Below are positions 55,201 to 61,840 of a stretch of DNA of 64,000 nucleotides, piece after piece (positions within the stretch are counted from its first letter, which is position 1; each line of letters starts with the position of its first letter). Under the pieces are notes generated by a model. That model did no database searches, was not told where the DNA came from, and saw only the letters and a list, made by a program, of their open reading frames with translations. Origin of the DNA: a virus; the IMG/VR virus record IMGVR_UViG_3300032235_000467. The stretch is one strand, 5' to 3'. A program made the position numbers and the translations under genes.

Positions 55201-56907
55201 TCTGGTTCTACTGGTACATCAGGTACTAGTGGTTCATCTGGAACAGGATTTAATACTATCAATAGCCCTGCTATCGGTAGAGTCCTTATAGCAGATGCCT
55301 CAACTAACGCTGCAACTGCTTCAGTTATACTAACTGTCAATAATGGCGCAGTTAGTGTATCTGGAAGTACAATTATCACTGGATCTTTAACAGTGACTAA
55401 TACGATAAATGCTTTAACATTAGTAGTACAAACTATAAGCTCTTCTGTAGAGTTTGTAACAGGGTCAACTAGGTTTGGCAGCACTATATCCAATAACCAT
55501 GAATTTACAGGCAGCTTAAGAATTAGCGGATCTTTATTCATAAACGGAACATCCTATACTGCTGCCACATCAGGAACTAGTGGAACATCAGGCAGCTCCG
55601 GAACTTCAGGATCTACTGGTTCATCTGGTAGTTCAGGAACTAGCGGAACTTCTGGTTCTACCGGTACTAGCGGTTCAACAGGAACTTCTGGAACATCAGG
55701 AACTACAGGATCTTCTGGTTCTACAGGTTCATCTGGATCTTCTGGATCTACAGGGTCAAGTGGATCCTCAGGTAGTACAGGAACTTCTGGAACTAGTGGC
55801 ACTTCAGGAACTACAGGTTCGTCTGGATCTTCCGGTAGCACAGGTTCTAGTGGATCTACAGGCACAAGTGGATCTACTGGAACATCAGGTAGTACAGGTA
55901 GTTCAGGCTCTACTGGCTCATCAGGGTCTACCGGAACATCAGGAACTTCTGGTAGTACTGGATCCTCTGGATCAACTGGTACTTCCGGTAGCACAGGTAC
56001 TAGCGGTTCAACAGGAACTTCAGGCTCGTCTGGAACAGGATTCAATACAATAAACAGTCCTGCTATAGGAAGAGTTTTAATAGCAGATGCCACAAATAAT
56101 GCAGCTACTGCATCGGCAATACTTACTGTAAATAATGGAGCCGTTAGTGTCTCAGGTAGTACAATTATAACAGGATCTTTAAGTATATCTGGTAGTAGTG
56201 GGACTACTTTATTTTCTTCAAACGTAGACACGTTAATATTAACAGGATCTGCTATAGTAACAGGATCTGTTATTGTAACTGGATCAGTATCTATAAACAA
56301 TCTAACTCTTAACTCAGGATTAACTAGATTTGTAGTAGTTGATCCAACAACAGGACAGTTATTTTATAATACATCAGGAGGTGGAGCAGGGTCCGCTGGT
56401 TCATCAGGATCCTCAGGTTCTAGCGGATCAAGCGGTTCTTCTGGATCTTCTGGTTCTACAGGGTCAAGTGGATCCTCAGGTACAACAGGATCTTCTGGAT
56501 CTTCAGGAACATCAGGATTATCTAGTTTATCTCTAACAGTAGCTGATGGAGGTGTTATACAAGGCACAGGCATTACCTATTTAGAATTTGCTACTAATAT
56601 ATCGGCAACTGTAACCAATACAACAGCGTCTATTAGTGCAACTGGTGGAGGCGGTGGTGGAGGACTAGCTACAAAAGCTGGATCAATAGCCAATAGTTCT
56701 TTCACTGGTAACCCTAAGAAGTCCACAGTAACCTTTGCAGCAGCATTTACAGATGCAAACTATGCAGTGGCGGTAACTGGAGAAGATGCTAGATCATGGA
56801 CTATAGAAAGTAAAGCAGCAGGAAGCTTTATAATAAACGCAAATAGTAATGCCGGATTAGCAGGAAGTACTAATTGGGTGGCAGTTAAACATGGAGAAAC
56901 AGCCTAA
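52207..56907 (+). CDS. Large fibre protein with Gly-Ser/Thr triplet tracts
   Basis: 1566 aa; four long and one short G-S/T-S/T tracts; four GTGF.TIN.PAIGRVL modules; C-terminal VTFAAAFTDANYAVAVT beta domain. Confidence 0.8.
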   Translation: MPKYTIFSNIISGSSAAITSITGSLLGNASTATTASHALTASSADNFTVRGTLTAQTIVAQTITSSTDFVTGSTRFGSVASNTHQFTGSVSITGSLTINGTSYTAATSGTSGTSGTAGSSGSSGSTGTSGTAGSSGSSGSTGSSGTSGTAGTTGTSGTSGSSGSSGSSGSTGTSGSTGTSGTSGSSGSSGSTGSSGTSGTSGSSGSSGSTGTSGSTGSSGSAGSSGTSGSTGTSGSTGTSGSSGSSGSTGTSGTSGSTGTSGSSGSSGTSGTSGSTGTSGSTGTSGSTGTSGSSGSSGSSGSSGSSGTGFTTINNPAIGRVLLADNSTNAATASAVLTINNGNVVVSGSTVITGSLTVTNTINALTLVVQTISSSVEFVTGSTKFGSIISNTHQFTGSVSISGSLSLNGTSFAAATSGTSGTSGINGTSGSSGSSGSSGTSGSTGTSGTSGSSGSTGTSGSSGTSGVNGTSGSSGTSGSTGSSGSSGSTGTSGSTGTSGSTGTSGSTGTSGSSGSSGSTGTSGTSGSTGTSGSSGSTGTSGSSGTSGANGSSGTSGTSGTSGSSGTSGVNGSSGTSGSTGTSGSSGSSGSSGSTGTSGSSGSTGSSGSSGSTGSSGTAGTSGTSGQTGSSGSSGSSGTSGTSGTSGTSGTSGSSGSTGTSGSSGSTGSSGSSGSTGTSGSSGTSGTSGTSGSSGTGFNTINNPAIGRVLIADASTNSATASAILTVNNGAVSMSGSTFITGSLTVTNTINALTLVVQTISSSIEFVTGSTRFGSTISNNHEFTGSVRISGSLFINGTSYTAATSGTSGTTGTSGSSGSSGSSGSTGTSGTAGTAGTTGTSGTAGSSGSAGSSGSTGTSGSTGTSGSSGSSGTTGTSGSTGTSGSSGTSGANGSSGTSGTSGSSGSTGSSGSSGSSGSSGSTGTSGTSGTAGSSGSSGSSGNTGSSGSSGSTGTSGSSGSTGTSGTAGTSGSSGSSGSTGTSGSTGTSGTSGSTGSSGTSGSTGTSGTSGSSGTGFNTINSPAIGRVLIADASTNAATASVILTVNNGAVSVSGSTIITGSLTVTNTINALTLVVQTISSSVEFVTGSTRFGSTISNNHEFTGSLRISGSLFINGTSYTAATSGTSGTSGSSGTSGSTGSSGSSGTSGTSGSTGTSGSTGTSGTSGTTGSSGSTGSSGSSGSTGSSGSSGSTGTSGTSGTSGTTGSSGSSGSTGSSGSTGTSGSTGTSGSTGSSGSTGSSGSTGTSGTSGSTGSSGSTGTSGSTGTSGSTGTSGSSGTGFNTINSPAIGRVLIADATNNAATASAILTVNNGAVSVSGSTIITGSLSISGSSGTTLFSSNVDTLILTGSAIVTGSVIVTGSVSINNLTLNSGLTRFVVVDPTTGQLFYNTSGGGAGSAGSSGSSGSSGSSGSSGSSGSTGSSGSSGTTGSSGSSGTSGLSSLSLTVADGGVIQGTGITYLEFATNISATVTNTTASISATGGGGGGGLATKAGSIANSSFTGNPKKSTVTFAAAFTDANYAVAVTGEDARSWTIESKAAGSFIINANSNAGLAGSTNWVAVKHGETA

Positions 56908-56909
56908 CT

Positions 56910-57878
56910 ATGGCACTAATATTAAATAACAGTTTTTTTAGAGTGAGTAATGGATCTTTTTCTTTTTTTAAACCTGAAAGTGCTCCTCTATCTCTAGGAC
57001 AAATATATAGAGTAGTAAGTATAGGTGGAAGTGGTGGTTCTTTTTCATATACAAAAATAGATGGATCTACGGCCTCAACTCCAACTCTATCAACAGGACA
57101 AATAGCATATATTCTAGCAGTTTCTGGATCAATATCCGACAACTATAATAATCCCAACACACCCGGTTTTTTGGCCGTTACTAACTTATTAATAACCTCT
57201 AGTAATCTATCGGAACCATTAACTTTTACAGAAGAATTAATTACGACTACGGGAGCTGGAACTTGGACAAAACCTGCTGGTGTAACAGAAGTTATTGTAG
57301 AATGTTGGGGAGGTGGTGGTGCCGGTGGTGGTGCAACTTCAAACCCAGCAGGAGGTGCAGGAGGTGCAGCGGGTCAATACTCTAGAAAATACATACAATA
57401 TTCTTCTCCATCCGTGGGAGTATCATATTCAGTTGCGGCTACCAGAGCCGGTACTCAAAATGCTGGAGCTGTAGGAAATGATACTACTTGGAATACAAAT
57501 GTAGTTGTAGCAAAGGGAGGAGCAGGAGGAGGAGGAAATGGTACTACTGGAGCTGATGTTGCAGGAGGGGTAGGATCAACAACTGGAGGTATTGGAGATG
57601 TAGTATATGCTGGTCTTGATGGAAACCAAAGCCAAGTTTCTTTTCAAAACGCAGGAGGCGGAGGAAGCGGCAGGGGGTCCACAGGAACAGGAATTGCAGG
57701 TGGTGCTGCAGGCCAAGAGTATAGTGGAACTGGTGGTACAAGTGGTGCGTTTTTATTATCTAATGGCGGTGCTGGAACAAACTATGGTGCAGGAGGTGGA
57801 GGTGGATATACTAACGTAGCTACAAACGCAAATGGCGGTGCTGGTGCGCAAGGTCTAATCAGATTAATATATAGATAA
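56910..57878 (+). CDS. Glycine-rich virion/tail-associated protein
   Basis: GTWTKPAGVTEVIVECWGGGGAGG...YGAGGGG...GAGAQGLIRLIY glycine-rich domain pattern. Confidence 0.7.
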   Translation: MALILNNSFFRVSNGSFSFFKPESAPLSLGQIYRVVSIGGSGGSFSYTKIDGSTASTPTLSTGQIAYILAVSGSISDNYNNPNTPGFLAVTNLLITSSNLSEPLTFTEELITTTGAGTWTKPAGVTEVIVECWGGGGAGGGATSNPAGGAGGAAGQYSRKYIQYSSPSVGVSYSVAATRAGTQNAGAVGNDTTWNTNVVVAKGGAGGGGNGTTGADVAGGVGSTTGGIGDVVYAGLDGNQSQVSFQNAGGGGSGRGSTGTGIAGGAAGQEYSGTGGTSGAFLLSNGGAGTNYGAGGGGGYTNVATNANGGAGAQGLIRLIYR

Positions 57879-57896
57879 ATAAGATATTTATAATAT

Positions 57897-58319
57897 ATGC
57901 CAATATTTTACACAGATACAGGAAGTCTAGGAAGATTAGAAGTTACAGGAAGCACAGTAATGTCTGGATCTTCTAACGTTCTTAATGTTAAAGGAAGTGG
58001 ATCTGCTATAATGGTAGTATCTGGAAGTGTAGGCGGTCTAGTGGAAATATCTGATATACAACCTTCAGGAGATTTATTTATAGTAGCCTCAGGAAGTAGA
58101 ATCATATTTGACATAGATAATACACCCAGTGTAACTATATCGGGATCTTTAAGAGTAAGCGGATCTTTTTCTGCTTCTTTACAAAGTGGGTACACTTGGG
58201 TAGGAAATTCTTCTGGAATTGGAGTCCCTGTACCAACATCTTCTATAGGAGGAGGCGGTGGTGCTACTGACCCTAGGGTAAGTACAGCTGCTAGCCTGTA
58301 CTTATTTTATAATTACTAA
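57897..58319 (+). CDS. Ser/Gly-rich virion-associated protein
   Basis: 140 aa; SGS beta-strand repeats resembling the fibre spacers; upstream ATATTTATA. Confidence 0.55.
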   Translation: MPIFYTDTGSLGRLEVTGSTVMSGSSNVLNVKGSGSAIMVVSGSVGGLVEISDIQPSGDLFIVASGSRIIFDIDNTPSVTISGSLRVSGSFSASLQSGYTWVGNSSGIGVPVPTSSIGGGGGATDPRVSTAASLYLFYNY

Positions 58320-58336
58320 AACAAAAAACAAAAAAT

Positions 58337-58744
58337 ATGCCAGCAAATACAACACCCATTTTTCCACTGTCTCCTATTTACAGACACGCTGTAGTAACTG
58401 CTTTAACTACAGATAGATCAGGAGCAACAACTACAAACTTACAAACGTTAATTACTGGAGCTGCAAATGGAACCAAAATTACTCAATTAGGAGTAAAATT
58501 TCAAGGAACGTCAGCAGCAGGGTCAATATTAATATTTGTTACTGATACATCAGGAGCTAACTTAGAGTTGTTTGATGAAATACAAGTAACGGCGGTTACA
58601 GCGAACGATACAACACCTTCTTTTAGATCTGTTAACTTGTATAATGATTTTCAAATAGCATCAGGTCAATTAGTTAGAGTAGGGATGACTACTATATCAG
58701 GAACTGTTGCTGCTACTGTATTTTGTATGGCAGGAGATTATTAA
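58337..58744 (+). CDS. Hypothetical virion protein
   Basis: 135 aa, beta-rich; MPANTTPIF start; lies within the fibre module. Confidence 0.55.
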   Translation: MPANTTPIFPLSPIYRHAVVTALTTDRSGATTTNLQTLITGAANGTKITQLGVKFQGTSAAGSILIFVTDTSGANLELFDEIQVTAVTANDTTPSFRSVNLYNDFQIASGQLVRVGMTTISGTVAATVFCMAGDY

Positions 58745-58756
58745 AAATATTATTTT

Positions 58757-59200
58757 ATGTGGGCGGCAAATAGTTTTAAAGGAGATATAACGCACAATCA
58801 ATGGTATGATTATTCAGATACATCTAGAATAGTTGGATGGAGTTCTTTTACCAAAAGAGTATTGTTTGTAAATTATAGGGAAAATGTAGTACATGTTGTA
58901 GTTAATATACTAGGTACTAGTAATAGCACTGCAACTACTTTTACACTACCTATTAACGTATGTTATGAAAGTTTTAGAGTATTTAATGGAGCTCTTTTTT
59001 GTACTGGAACTGCTGTTAATAACGGAGTTGTAAGTTATGCTCGTTTACAACCTCTAACTCCGTTTCCCGGATCTACTACTTTAGGAACTTATACAATAAC
59101 TGTCAACTGTGCTTATGGGGTTACTGGAGGTGTGCAAGCAACATGGACAGCATCTGGTACTAAATTAATATCTTCTTGTTTTGTATTACCTTTAATGTAA
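58757..59200 (+). CDS. Fibre-tip-like beta protein, paralogue 1 of 3
   Basis: WYDYS...VGWSSF...GTSNSTATTFTLP...NNG...WTASGTK. Confidence 0.6.
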   Translation: MWAANSFKGDITHNQWYDYSDTSRIVGWSSFTKRVLFVNYRENVVHVVVNILGTSNSTATTFTLPINVCYESFRVFNGALFCTGTAVNNGVVSYARLQPLTPFPGSTTLGTYTITVNCAYGVTGGVQATWTASGTKLISSCFVLPLM

Positions 59201-59206
59201 AATAAT

Positions 59207-59620
59207 ATGTTAAGTAATTATAGTAAAAGGACATTCCCTAATAATGGATGGGAAGATGCATTTCCTAGTAATGTAATAGGATGGACATACCCTCCTAATA
59301 CAACTAGATATATAAAATATAAGTTTATTGAAAAGAATCTAGCTATGGTAGTATTCAGAGTGGATGGAACTAGTAATTCAACAACCACATCTTTTACATT
59401 ACCCTTTTCTTTTTTAAGTCCTTCTATAACTGGAGAAACAATAGTAGTTCCTATAACTGTAGCAAATAATAACACATCTATATGGGGACAATTAACAATA
59501 ACCAAAGACCCAAGAACCGGAGGCATGCTATGTACAGGTACGCAGGGAACCAATGCAGGATGGACTGCTTCTGGAACTAAGCAATTTAGAGGAATGTTTT
59601 TTGTACCCGTTCAAGCTTAA
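59207..59620 (+). CDS. Fibre-tip-like beta protein, paralogue 2 of 3
   Basis: WED...IGWT...DGTSNSTTTSFTLP...NNN...WTASGTKQFRGMFF. Confidence 0.6.
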   Translation: MLSNYSKRTFPNNGWEDAFPSNVIGWTYPPNTTRYIKYKFIEKNLAMVVFRVDGTSNSTTTSFTLPFSFLSPSITGETIVVPITVANNNTSIWGQLTITKDPRTGGMLCTGTQGTNAGWTASGTKQFRGMFFVPVQA

Positions 59621-59623
59621 AAT

Positions 59624-60085
59624 ATGTTTACACAATTTAATTTTCAAGATTTTCCAGATACAGGATGGGTAGATTTTTCAAATGATGCTACAATAGTAGG
59701 ATGGTCATCTTTTGATACTAGAGGGAGAGTTTTAATTTACAAAATAGTAGATAACATATTGTATGTTATATACAGATTAGATGGAACTAGTAATTCTACC
59801 AGTGCTTACTTCACTATCCCAGTAAACTTAAAAAGAGAGTTTGAAAATAAACAAACTCCAGGAGTAACTGATGCAAATCCTTTTTATATGGCTTATTCTT
59901 GCAGTAGCACGAATAACGGTACTTTGAATGCAGGAACTTTATATGTATATAAAAGAACTAGTTTACAAACAGCAAAAGGTGGATTGTATTGTTTAGGAAC
60001 ATTCGGAACTACTAATGGACATAGTGCAACTTGGACAGCATCCGGAACTAAAAGATTAAGAGGACAATTTTTCTTACCAATTTAA
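59624..60085 (+). CDS. Fibre-tip-like beta protein, paralogue 3 of 3
   Basis: WVDFS...VGWSSF...DGTSNSTSAYFTIP...NNG...WTASGTKRLRGQFF. Confidence 0.6.
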   Translation: MFTQFNFQDFPDTGWVDFSNDATIVGWSSFDTRGRVLIYKIVDNILYVIYRLDGTSNSTSAYFTIPVNLKREFENKQTPGVTDANPFYMAYSCSSTNNGTLNAGTLYVYKRTSLQTAKGGLYCLGTFGTTNGHSATWTASGTKRLRGQFFLPI

Positions 60086-60097
60086 AATTTTACAATT

Positions 60098-60367
60098 ATG
60101 AGAGATTATGCAACTTGGAATGTAGCAACTTGGAGAATACATGCAATTGTGGAGTGGAGAGGTTTGAATCAAAACATAATAGACGCACTAGGAACTATAG
60201 AAGACGATAAAAAAAGAACCATATCTACAAACGCTTGGCAATCTGCTGCTGAAGTAAACAGAGCTAGCGGACTTGTAATATACATACAATCTCAATTAGG
60301 GTTAACAGACGTTGAAGTAGATGACATATTTACTGAAGCTGAACAAATAACATTGTCTGATTTATAG
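60098..60367 (+). CDS. Tail-fibre-assembly-like small protein
   Basis: W..AAEVNR...LGLTDVEVDDIFTEA pattern typical of small proteins following fibre genes. Confidence 0.55.
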   Translation: MRDYATWNVATWRIHAIVEWRGLNQNIIDALGTIEDDKKRTISTNAWQSAAEVNRASGLVIYIQSQLGLTDVEVDDIFTEAEQITLSDL

Positions 60368-60443
60368 TTTTGTAAAAAAATATATATTATTAATATAAAA
60401 TATTATATTTGTATATATTTATTATAGAACAAAAAAACTATTT

Positions 60444-60782
60444 ATGAACTTAGTAATTATCGTATTAGTCGCTGCTGTTATAGTAGCCATGGTTATTATC
60501 TCCAACAGCTCTAAAAAAACAGCAGACGAAACTCCAGAACCTTTGGTCAATCCAAACTTTGGTTTAGATTTGGAAGACCCAGCAGCACCCGTACAAGCTC
60601 CAGAAGAATTGGTAGAAACCAAGTCTGAAGTATTTAACGAATCGTTGCATAAACTGGAAGAGCCTGTAGTTAGTATTAAAAAAGCAGTAAAAGCCCCGGC
60701 TGTAAAAAAAGAAGCTAAGCCTGTAGCAAAAACATCTGCAAAACCAGCACCTAAAAAGACAGTTGTTAAAAAAATTAAATAA
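60444..60782 (+). CDS. Membrane-anchored protein with a Lys/Ala/Pro-rich tail
   Basis: N-terminal TM (LVIIVLVAAVIVAMVII), acidic middle, histone-H1-like KKAVKAPAVKK tail. Confidence 0.65.
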   Translation: MNLVIIVLVAAVIVAMVIISNSSKKTADETPEPLVNPNFGLDLEDPAAPVQAPEELVETKSEVFNESLHKLEEPVVSIKKAVKAPAVKKEAKPVAKTSAKPAPKKTVVKKIK

Positions 60783-60783
60783 T

Positions 60784-61251
60784 ATGCAAAAAGTTACGTT
60801 AAAGATCTATGAGATCTTAGCTCTAGACGTGGAGTTGAACGGATACACAGATCCTCAAAGTGGAAAATTATTAGCTGAGGGCATCCTAAGTAAAGATTTG
60901 AAACTTACTGTGAAGTACTGGTTGAGTGATCTTTCTGATAAAGTAAGTAAAGAAAAGGATAAGATCTCAAAATTAAGGGAGGATATGATTAAGAAGTTTG
61001 GTACTCAAGACGAGAAAGGAGGAGTGTTTATTCCAATGTACGTAAACCAAGTTCTTGACGAGAGCGGCAATATGGTATCAGGAGATGTAAATCCAGCATA
61101 CAATAACTTTCAAAAGGAATATCAACTTCTATTAGAAGAAACAGTAGAACTTGAATATAAAGAGTTGAAGCTGTCTGATATAGAAGGTATTGCCCTTAAA
61201 GACACTCCTAGAGTATTTTTTAAACTAATAGCAAAGCCAGAAAGTGAATAA
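60784..61251 (+). CDS. Hypothetical protein
   Basis: ATG 60784 (MQKVTLKIYE) immediately after the previous stop; helical. Confidence 0.6.
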   Translation: MQKVTLKIYEILALDVELNGYTDPQSGKLLAEGILSKDLKLTVKYWLSDLSDKVSKEKDKISKLREDMIKKFGTQDEKGGVFIPMYVNQVLDESGNMVSGDVNPAYNNFQKEYQLLLEETVELEYKELKLSDIEGIALKDTPRVFFKLIAKPESE

Positions 61252-61477
61252 ACTACTAGAAATAGCATCAGCTTGGATAACTGCTGCAAACCCTAGTGAA
61301 GAAGACAAAGAAAAAGCTGAGAAAAGAATAGCCACTTGTAATGGGTGCGAAGAAAACAAACTCAGCGAAATATTGGAATATCACTACTGCGGCAAGTGTG
61401 GATGTCCACTTAAAAAGAAAATTTTTTCTCCTTTACCTGGAAGCGAGGCGTGTCCTTTAGGTAAATGGGAGATATAA
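61244..61477 (+). CDS. Small Cys-rich zinc-binding protein
   Basis: CNGC...CGKCGCPL...CPLGKW. Confidence 0.6.
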   Translation: MNKLLEIASAWITAANPSEEDKEKAEKRIATCNGCEENKLSEILEYHYCGKCGCPLKKKIFSPLPGSEACPLGKWEI

Positions 61478-61487
61478 AACCAAAGTT

Positions 61488-61760
61488 ATGGCAGAAACAA
61501 AAATGCTTAATGCACAGGAGATCAATAGTCTTAAAGATCTCAATAAAAAGTTTGGAAATACTCTAAACTCTTTAGGAGATATAGAAATTAAACTAAACCT
61601 TCTAAAACAAAAAGAAACAGAATTACTTAAAGACAAGGAAGGTCATCTATCAGATTATAATACTTTAAGAATTAAGGAGACAGAAATAACCACCCAGCTG
61701 CTAGAAAAGTACGGAGAAGGTAAAATAGATATAGAATCCGGAAAAATAGAACTATTATAG
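61488..61760 (+). CDS. Small coiled-coil protein
   Basis: 90 aa coiled coil ending LEKYGEGKIDIESG; precedes the sheath gene. Confidence 0.6.
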   Translation: MAETKMLNAQEINSLKDLNKKFGNTLNSLGDIEIKLNLLKQKETELLKDKEGHLSDYNTLRIKETEITTQLLEKYGEGKIDIESGKIELL

Positions 61761-61793
61761 AATAACTTTTGTCATTTTTGCTGGAAAATATTG

Positions 61794-61803
61794 ATATTTA
61801 TTA
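61794..61803 (+). promoter_or_regulatory. Putative late promoter motif upstream of the tail sheath gene
   Basis: GATATTTATTA in the intergenic gap. Confidence 0.65.
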
Positions 61804-61840
61804 ACGTATCATCAATAATATTTTTCAAATTTTATAGAAA

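Noticed and set aside
24835-56520. Periodic DNA resembling a CRISPR array or satellite
   Set aside because: The periodicity is 9 nt, in frame and synonymously variable. There is no constant repeat with unique spacers and no cas genes.
24704-56573. Many long minus-strand ORFs rich in P/E/V/D/L (PEVPVDPL...) and alternative-frame plus-strand ORFs rich in L/V/Q/D/H
   Set aside because: These are shadows of the GGN-TCN/ACN/AGY repeats, whose other frames rarely produce stops. They coincide with the repeat tracts and lack independent start signals.
58757-60085. Diversity-generating retroelement target/template pair
   Set aside because: The paralogues differ throughout rather than only at adenines, and no reverse transcriptase is present in the window.
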